Source: Zygnema circumcarinatum SAG 698-1b (taxonomy: Eukaryota > Plantae > Zygnematophyceae). From it: a stretch of 64,000 bases of DNA. Position numbers and translations under genes: made by a program. This document shows, one piece after another, positions 57,201 through 64,000 of this stretch (position 1 is the stretch's first letter; the number at the start of each line of letters is the position of its first letter). The notes beneath the pieces were generated by a model. The model was not told the DNA's origin. It made no database searches and saw only the letters and a program-made list of their open reading frames with translations. The stretch covers positions 1,116,001-1,180,000 of the forward strand of contig CM074812.1 of NCBI GenBank assembly GCA_037447605.1. Direction: 5' to 3'.

Positions 57201-58764
57201 TTCATTATTAATGTCTTTTCAGGAGAACCGTGGTGACTTACAGGGCCCATCTTAAGACTGAATTGCTGATTTGTTCAAGTAGAAATGAAGGAGCATCTTA
57301 TCATTCTGGTTTAATAACACTCTTATTGTCAGTTCCGGCCAAATACAGGAGCTCTACCTGACCTTAATCAGTAGCTTAGACATTGATGTCAACTCGATGG
57401 CCCCTTGGAATGAAGGTTTCCCTTTCTTGGGCCGATGGTCCAAACAAACAAGCAATAGGCTGCACAATGACCATAATCTGAAATTCTCCGGTCTTATGCC
57501 AAAGCTGATGAAGTGCTTCACACTCTGCTTTGTGGCTCAAGCAGATGTACGCATCACAAATAAAGAAATACAGCAAGGTTCTGGAAAAGTCAGCAGCCGG
57601 CAAGAATACGAAGGCAAACCAATTGCAGTGTAAGTGCAAGCGGGCTAAAAACTGAGTCCGGAAGTCTTTCTGGAAGGCATATGGCAGCAGGCGGTCGGTC
57701 TCTTAGGGGGAATATGATCTTTTCTGCATTTCTTGGGAAATCGCTACACTGTAACTAAGGGCAATCCTTGAAGGGCAATTTGCATGAAAGATGACCTGCT
57801 GCTGGTGGGTTTTTTGTTGGGAAGCAGACCTCTTCGCCGTGCAACACTTTGCTTTTGAGATTGCAAGCGGTGGAACGTACCCTGCGGGCCTTCCAAAGGC
57901 CATTTTTGAAGCGCTGTACCACTCTGGGGTAGGGAGAGCTTGCCCTCTTTGTACTTCTGCATTCTTGAAGCTGTAGAATCAATCTTTGAATGCGCATAAA
58001 CATCCTCAGGGTGGGGTATGATTTTTCTGGAACCTTCACGGTGCTTCAATCTGACTTTGCGTCAGTCTGAAATGAAAATGTGTGGAGGAAGGGAGGAAAC
58101 TCCCGTCTCGAATCTCGAAGTGAAGAAGAAAAAATGATTGAATTGAATGTTCGGATGTTGGCACTATTTTTTCGATGTCCACCGAACGCCTTTTTAACCA
58201 AAAGAGCGAGTGGACTTTGGGCGGCCTTCTCGCTTGCAGGCAGTGCGAGACTCCTTCATGTTGTGGAAAGACGACACAAAGGAAGAATTAGGAAAGAAAG
58301 AGGTAAGGATGCCCTCTGCCTCTCCACTGAATTTTGGAATGAAACAAGCAGTCAGACATAACGTCGCTCTGAAGCCCCTGACATGCAACAAAGGAGAGCA
58401 AGTATATGGTGAAAACGCAATATTTCATCTATGAAACTTCAACCTTTTCGAGAAAGAGCGTCTCAAAGTGAAGGAAAACTCCGAAAAATTGAAGTGAAAA
58501 ACTCAAATATCTTTGTCACACCCCTGTGGCCTCATTCTTGCGTTTTTTGGGGCAACAATATCGATTAAATACATCTCCCATACCTGATTTGAATCCTCCC
58601 TCCACTAGATGGAGCAAATCGGGGGCCATTACAGTAGGTGGGGCACTGACTTAGAAAGTTTTATAAATATGAATATCAGCACGAGTGCGAGCGAAATAAT
58701 ACATGAAGCGAAACCAGAAGTACTGCTGTCAAAATAATTTCTGTATTGCGACATAATAACGCTG

Positions 58765-58798
<34 letters not shown>

Positions 58799-58958
58799 NN
58801 NNNNNNNNCCCCCCCCCCCCCCCCCCCTCCCTTCCCCCCTATTGTGTCTGTTTCCCTGCCTGCCTGTCTGCCTTTTGCAGGCCTGGCACGACCTGCACAA
58901 GTGGTACAGATGGCTGGAGGAGGAGATGGAGAAGGAGGAGGAGGAGGAGGAGGAGTGA
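42999..58958 (+). CDS. EIF4G: Eukaryotic translation initiation factor 4G, plant-type N-terminus, MIF4G + MA3 + W2 (about 18 exons, ~2800 aa)
   Basis: LQFGSFGSI..VPPRTSSAPPNLDEQ (46095-46200, ~46362-46415), KAIKIVDP (PABP-site-like), KKKKRKDILAKADAAGNQSDLYNAYK, EPDDWED, 4E-binding YTRDFLF (~52573). MIF4G exons 47999-53236 (end), 53404-53829 and 54246-; MA3 exons 55439-55639 and 55908-56270. W2 exons 56512-56589, 56875-56985, 57545-57629, 57828-57928, 58240-58302 and 58881-58958. Confidence 0.95.
58799..58808. other. Assembly gap (10 N) within poly-C in the last eIF4G intron
   Basis: N run flanked by C homopolymers. Confidence 0.95.
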
Positions 58959-59633
58959 GGAGCTCCATCTCCATCTCCGCTGCTCGCCGTAAAGGGCGGG
59001 GCTGCTCTGACTGCGCCTCCTGGCAGAGAGGCGGAATGACTTGTACAGTGCAAAATTTGGACACGCAGACAGGGCACAAACATTCATTGTATCTTTCACG
59101 TCTAAATTTTTTTTCACCTCTCGGCTCAACCTTGCCGTGGTTGATGTGTCTCCAGAAACTCACACTCTTCGCATTATACGTGATGGTCTCCTTGTTGTCT
59201 CCTTGGAGCCGTGATGCCCTTCATGGTATCATCACATGAATGGTCTTCCTACAGCGGACTTTCGCACATGTGCTAATGTCAGTCACTGAATCGACTATGT
59301 GTATGTTGGGTTCTCAGTTCCAAGGGCTTTCAAGCTTTAACTTTCGTGTTTTGAAGCATGAATGTTCTTACAGCGGTCTTAAATTGGCAAAGAAGCGGTC
59401 TACTGAAAAAAGCTAATCTTTGGTCTTCACTTCATAAGGTATCCTCTGTGAAGGAAAAGAAAATTTGGCAGTTGTCCTACGCATGGCGATGCCATGAAAG
59501 GTACACGGACCAAAAGCAACACTGGGAACCACGAGGGACCCACCGCTCTCAAAGGACCCCTCGGGACAATAGAAAACTGCAAATGTTTTGTGGGCCAACA
59601 TGGGCTCTTCATGCCCATTGTGGGCGCCTCTGC

Positions 59634-59774
59634 GCACGTGGAGGCCCATTGTGACACGTGGCGATCCCCCATTGGCCGAGCTTTCCCAAGTAAGCAGCAT
59701 GGATCCGCGACGACCTCCCATTGGCCGAGCCACTCCCCAAGGACGAGCATGGGCACGTGGCGCGCCCCTATTGG
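59634..59774. promoter_or_regulatory. ERSE-like array (CGTGG-N9-ATTGG) upstream of gene X, copy 1
   Basis: Exact sites at 59657-59675 and 59756-59774; a degenerate site at 59706-59724. Confidence 0.6.
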
Positions 59775-59938
59775 TCGATCCGCCCCCACATTCCCGGGCG
59801 ACGGTCCCTCCCCGCCAACGGCCAAAGCAGTGCTCGCAAGTGCGGGGGCGCTAGGTCCGGCGGCAGTTGTAGGCCCTGCCAAACGCTGGGGAGGAGGAGC
59901 AGGAGTAGAAGCAGGAGCAGGAGCACGAGCAGGCAGCC

Positions 59939-60130
59939 ATGGCGGGCGAGGGCGAGGGCGAGGGCAGGGGCAGGGGCAGGGGCGAGGGCAGGGGCGGGGG
60001 CGAGGGCAGGGGGAGGGGCGGGCTCAGGGTGGCTCTCATGGTGGCGGCCTTTCTGATGGCGTGCTGCGAGGCCGCGAGGATGATGCTGCGGGCGGCGGAG
60101 CGGAGACTGGATCAGTTGGAGGAACTTATA
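59939..60130 (+). CDS. First exon of gene X (signal-peptide-like), truncated copy; possible first exon of a chimeric gene X/eIF4G transcript
   Basis: [37 protein letters not shown] is homologous to 63764-63937. The homology breaks at ~60110; candidate phase-0 donors gtgcgc (60131) and gtgcgt (60137). Confidence 0.55.
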
Positions 60131-60179
60131 GTGCGCGTGCGTGCTTTTGCATGCTCTGTTGTAGCTTCCTGCTTGACCA

Positions 60180-62771
60180 TTTCAGTTATGTCTGATATTG
60201 ATTTGTCTGGCGATTATCTCTCCAACGAAACGATATACCCTTGCTGCTCTGCCACTGAGAGTCACTGTGAGTCACAAAGTCAATTGAGATTAATGCAAAT
60301 TTTCTTTTCGCCGGGGTGAGGCGAATCGAGAGAACTGTTGAATTGACTTAGGTGTTTAGTTTCAACCGTTGGAATGGCCACGATTAAAAAGTTATAGTTT
60401 TGACTCAACAGAAAGCGTCTTTCCGTTACCTCTCCCTAGGATTCCTTCATCGAGTTTTCTTTAGCAACGTATTGCATTCTATGCATTCAACCGAGTGATC
60501 TCTGCATATAGCACGTAAATGCATGATGGGGTCATGAGCATGAGTATCCTGCAAGCCCTTTCGACAATGTCCAGTCATCAATTTCTTATGTGTTCTACAA
60601 TCAAAGATGATATTCAGGTTTACTCAGGAAGGTACCAAGTGACTTTGAACGTATGTTCATTGTGGAGTGGGATCATCATGGCTGAAACTCATTGGGACTG
60701 TGTTTAGCAGTAACACAGACATCTGCCCTAGAGATTTTCGTTTTTAATGGCTGCTACAGATCACGGAGTTATCCTAAGTGGTGCCATGCGTTACAAAACT
60801 GTGCACTTCCTTGTGATTTTAGCGACTGCTGCAGGTGGCATCAGGAGTTGCCGACACAACGATAAGCCAGCAACCTAGTGAGCAACGTCCGCCATCTAGT
60901 GAACCTATCTCAGAAGCAACAGGCCCATCTGCGGCCGCACCGGTTCCGAAGCCTCATATCGGTCCTCAACTCCCAACTCAAGCTTTGGCTCCACCTCCAC
61001 TTCCACCTCCAAACCATTCAAAACCTGAAACCGATGCATTGCAGCAGCAGCAGCAGCATCATGTCCGCACTGCTCAGCAAATGCAGGCACATGAGCATGC
61101 TTCCTCACAAAGAGGGCAGCAGACTCCTCAGCAGGGGCATGCTCAAGCATATGGTCCTAGCCATAGTGCTCAATCCCATCACCCACCAAAAGGAAAAGGA
61201 AAAGGAAGGAAAAGAAAAGAAAAAATAAAAGGAAAAGAAAAAGAAAGGAAGAGTGTGAGCCACAGCAGTGGCCCAATGAGAAATAGCGGTTTGCAGGGAC
61301 AGGGCCACGGAGGGTCTAGTCATAGCGTGAGAACTGGCAAGTGGCAGAAAGCTCCCCTGCAGAGAGCCCCCCCGCCTTCTGCACGCGTCCCTTTGCCAGC
61401 CATGCACAAGTCGGCAAATCGATATGAGGTTGGGAAGGTGTCGGATGAGGATCAAAAGAAGCAACGGTCGATCAGAGGAATTTTGAATAAACTTACGCCA
61501 GAAAACTTTGAGAAGCTGTCTGAACAGGTACGTTTTTGTCCTCCCTCGACTGGCGAAGCAATAGTGACATCAGCAAATTACTGAGACATGTCGAGTTAGT
61601 GGAAGCATGTCAAATTCTTGAATCGTGTGGCTTTCATATAGTGCAGTCTCCATTGCCTCTTGTTGACCCTTTGAAATTGTACTGCTTTGGGCAGGTTAAG
61701 GAGGTTGGCATCGACTCCCAGGAAACTTTAATTGGTGTCACCTTCCAGATTTTTGAAAGAGCGCTTTTGGAGCCCACTTTCTGTGAGATGTTTGCTCAAT
61801 TTTGTAAAGCCCTGTCGGAAGAGATGCCCAGTTTTGAGAATACAAACGAGGAGGGTGTAGTTGAGCAGGTTACATTCAAACGAATTCTTCTGAATAAGTG
61901 TCAAGAAGAGTTTGAGCGGAACATCAGTGAAGAGGCAGCAGCTATGAAGCAACAAGAAGGGGAGGAGGAGGTCACCGAGCAGCAGTTGGCAGCGAGACGG
62001 CTTAAGGCGCGGCGGAGGATGCTTGGGAATATTCGATTCGTTGGAGAGCTTTTTAAGAAGGGCATGCTGTCGGAGCGCATCATGCACGAGTGTGTGTTGA
62101 GACTGCTTGGGGATGTGGAGGTAAGCAGGTGTCTCCCAGTATGTAACAGAAAAGAAAGTGAGGTAGAGAAGGGACAGGAGATGGGTTGCGGACATCCTCT
62201 GCCAGTAGTGAAATTCTAGGGAATCTTGTCTGCTACATTACGAGCTATCGACATTTCGTCAGTGAAGTGACCCATTTGTGGGAAGTTGGGGGCTTTCAGA
62301 CTCCGGATGAGGAAGATGTGGCGGCGTTGTGCAAACTCATGACCACCATCGGAAGCATGCTGGACCATCCCATGGCAAAGCAGCACGTTGATGCGTATAT
62401 GATCTTCATTGAATCGCTTTCAGTTCATCAAAAACTGCCGAGTTGGATCAGGTTTGCTTTGAAGGATCTCCTCGACTTGAGAAGGAATCGATGGCAGGCA
62501 AGGCGAAAGATTGAAGGCCCCAAAAAGATCGAAGATGTTCATAGGGATGCAGTGCGGGAGAGACACGATGCCGTTGCTAATGCAGGCAGGCAGCTGATGA
62601 ACAGGTCCTCCTCTCGTGGTGGAAGAAGGAAAAGGTGACCTCCTTCCCCCCCTATTGTATATGTTTCCCTGCCTGCCTGTCTGCCTTTTGCAGGCCTGGC
62701 ACGACCTGCACAAGTGGTACAGATGGCTGGAGGAGGAGATGGAGAAGGAGGAGGAGGAGGAGGAGGAGTGA
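60180..62771 (+). pseudogene. Internally deleted tandem duplicate of eIF4G retaining the MIF4G domain (pseudogene or young chimeric gene)
   Basis: Matches, in order, 46256-46320, 46935-47460, 47968-48462, 53047-53900, 54135-54584 and 58828 onward. Exons 60835-61527, 61695-62120 and 62300-62638 are open with intact GT/AG sites. Confidence 0.92.
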
Positions 62772-63910
62772 GGAGCTCCATCTCCATCTCCGCTGCTCGC
62801 CGTAAAGGGCGGGGCTGCTCTGACTGCGCCTCCTGGCAGAGAGGCGGAATGACTTGTACAGTGCAAAATTTGGACACGCAGACAGGGCACAAACATTCAT
62901 TGTATCTTTCACGTCTAAATTTTTTTTCACCTCTCGGCTCAACCTTGCCGTGGTTGATGTGTCTCCAGAAACTCACACTCTTCCCATTAAACGTGATGGA
63001 CGCCCTTTTGTTTCCTTGGAGCCGTGGGCCATGGTATCATCACATGAATGGTTGAACCACCGCGGACATGCGCACATGTGCTAATGTTAGTTACTGCATT
63101 GTCTTGTGTTCTCGGTTCCAAGGGCTTCCAAGCTTTCATCTTCGTGTTTTGAAATATGAATGTGCTTACAGCGGTCTTGAATTGGCAAAGAAGCGGTCTA
63201 CTGAAAAAGGCTAATCTTTGGTCTTCACCTCATAAGGTATCCTCTGTGAAGGAAAAGAAAACTTGGCAGTGGTCTCACGCATGAAAGGTACACGGACCAA
63301 CAGCAACACGGGGAACCACGAGGCACCCACCGCTCTCAAAGGTCCCCTCGGGACAACGTTAAAGTGTCAAAGGTTTTGTGGGCCAGCATGGGCTCTTCAT
63401 GCCCATTGTAGAGCCGCTGTGCACGTGGCGAGTCGTCAGTGGCTGATTCAACGGCCGAGGAGGATCCTGCATACGTGGCGAGTCCCCAATGGTTGAGCTA
63501 CTCTTGAAAAAGCATTGGCACGTGGCGACCCCCTATTGGCGGAACCAGCTCCTGAGTAAGGTGCATGGACACGTGGCGAGTCCATTGGCCGAGCCGCCCC
63601 CGCATTCCGCCGTGGCCCCGGGCGACGGTCCCTCCCCGCCAACGGCCAAAGCAGCGTTCGCACGTGCGGGGGGGCCTGCTCCGGCGGCAGTTGAAGGCCC
63701 AGCCAACGGCCGGGGGAGCAGGAGCAGGAGCAGGAGCAGGAGCAAGAGCAGGAGCAGGCAGCCATGGCGGGCAAGGGCGAGGGCGAGGCCAGGGGCAGGG
63801 GCGGGCTCAGGGTGGCTCTCACGGCGGCGGCCTTTCTGATGGCGTGCTGCGTGGCCGACGTGGAGGCCGCGAGGAGGATGCTGCGGGCGGTGGAGCGGAG
63901 CGGGGAGGAG
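62640..63910. repeat. Second copy of the eIF4G last exon, 3' region and gene X promoter (homologous to 58828-60110)
   Basis: AWHDLHKWYRWLEEEMEKEEEEEEE exon duplicated at 62694-62771; downstream sequence alignable with scattered substitutions and indels. Confidence 0.95.
63424..63590. promoter_or_regulatory. ERSE-like array upstream of gene X, copy 2
   Basis: CGTGG at 63424, 63474, 63521 and ~63572 (~48-bp period), followed after 9 nt by AGTGG, AATGG and ATTGG respectively, and after 7 nt by ATTGG for the last. Confidence 0.6.
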
Positions 63911-63937
63911 GGGGAGAGTGGCACGTGGGACCATCAG
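63764..63937 (+). CDS. First exon of gene X, predicted secretory-pathway protein, probably continuing beyond the window
   Basis: MAGKGEGEARGRGGLRVALTAAAFLMACCVADVEAARRMLRAVERSGEEGESGTWDHQ|gttggt: basic n-region, hydrophobic core, then an AxA-like cleavage context; phase-0 donor. Confidence 0.6.
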
Positions 63938-64000
63938 GTTGGTCCTTCTTGCAAGTAATAGCTCGAATTTTGGCACGTGGCGGGGAATGCGTAGGGAGTC

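Noticed and set aside
57397-57633. ORF-track peptide MAPWNEGF.. as the eIF4G C-terminus
   Set aside because: A different frame from acceptor 57545 gives W2-like sequence that splices in phase to downstream exons.
59438-59446. GTATCCTC resembling a U12 GT donor
   Set aside because: It lies downstream of the eIF4G stop with no matching U12 branch point or exon context.
60180-64000. Duplicate region as an assembly artefact (haplotig)
   Set aside because: The copy has many substitutions, specific deletions, fillers and insertions not expected from mis-assembly, although long-read confirmation is still advisable.

Overview
Eukaryotic, intron-rich genomic DNA from a green-plant (streptophyte) lineage, probably a streptophyte alga or early-diverging plant. 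The basis is plant-type eIF4G motifs, a B12D gene and a U12 AT-AC intron; the species cannot be determined from sequence alone. Six intact genes can be read. They are APC1 (minus, ~1069-20501), an uncharacterised type-II membrane glycosyltransferase-like gene (minus), a flavin-dependent amine oxidase (plus, with a minor-spliceosome AT-AC intron), a three-exon B12D/NDUFA4-like gene not called as a unit in the ORF track, alpha-SNAP, and a very large eIF4G (~2800 aa) that appears to keep a third HEAT/W2 domain. A 5-kb 27-bp higher-order satellite lies between alpha-SNAP and eIF4G and is related to short dispersed CCATTG/AACGG-rich elements. The most striking structure is at the right end. About 13.9 kb (3' part of eIF4G plus the start of the next gene) was tandemly duplicated and then shrunk by five internal deletions. 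This leaves a frame-preserved, splice-site-intact, MIF4G-only mini-eIF4G downstream of the ERSE-like promoter and first exon of the neighbouring signal-peptide gene. There is no evidence of prokaryotic systems, CRISPR, tRNA or rRNA. Exon coordinates were derived by hand and may be off by a few bases.
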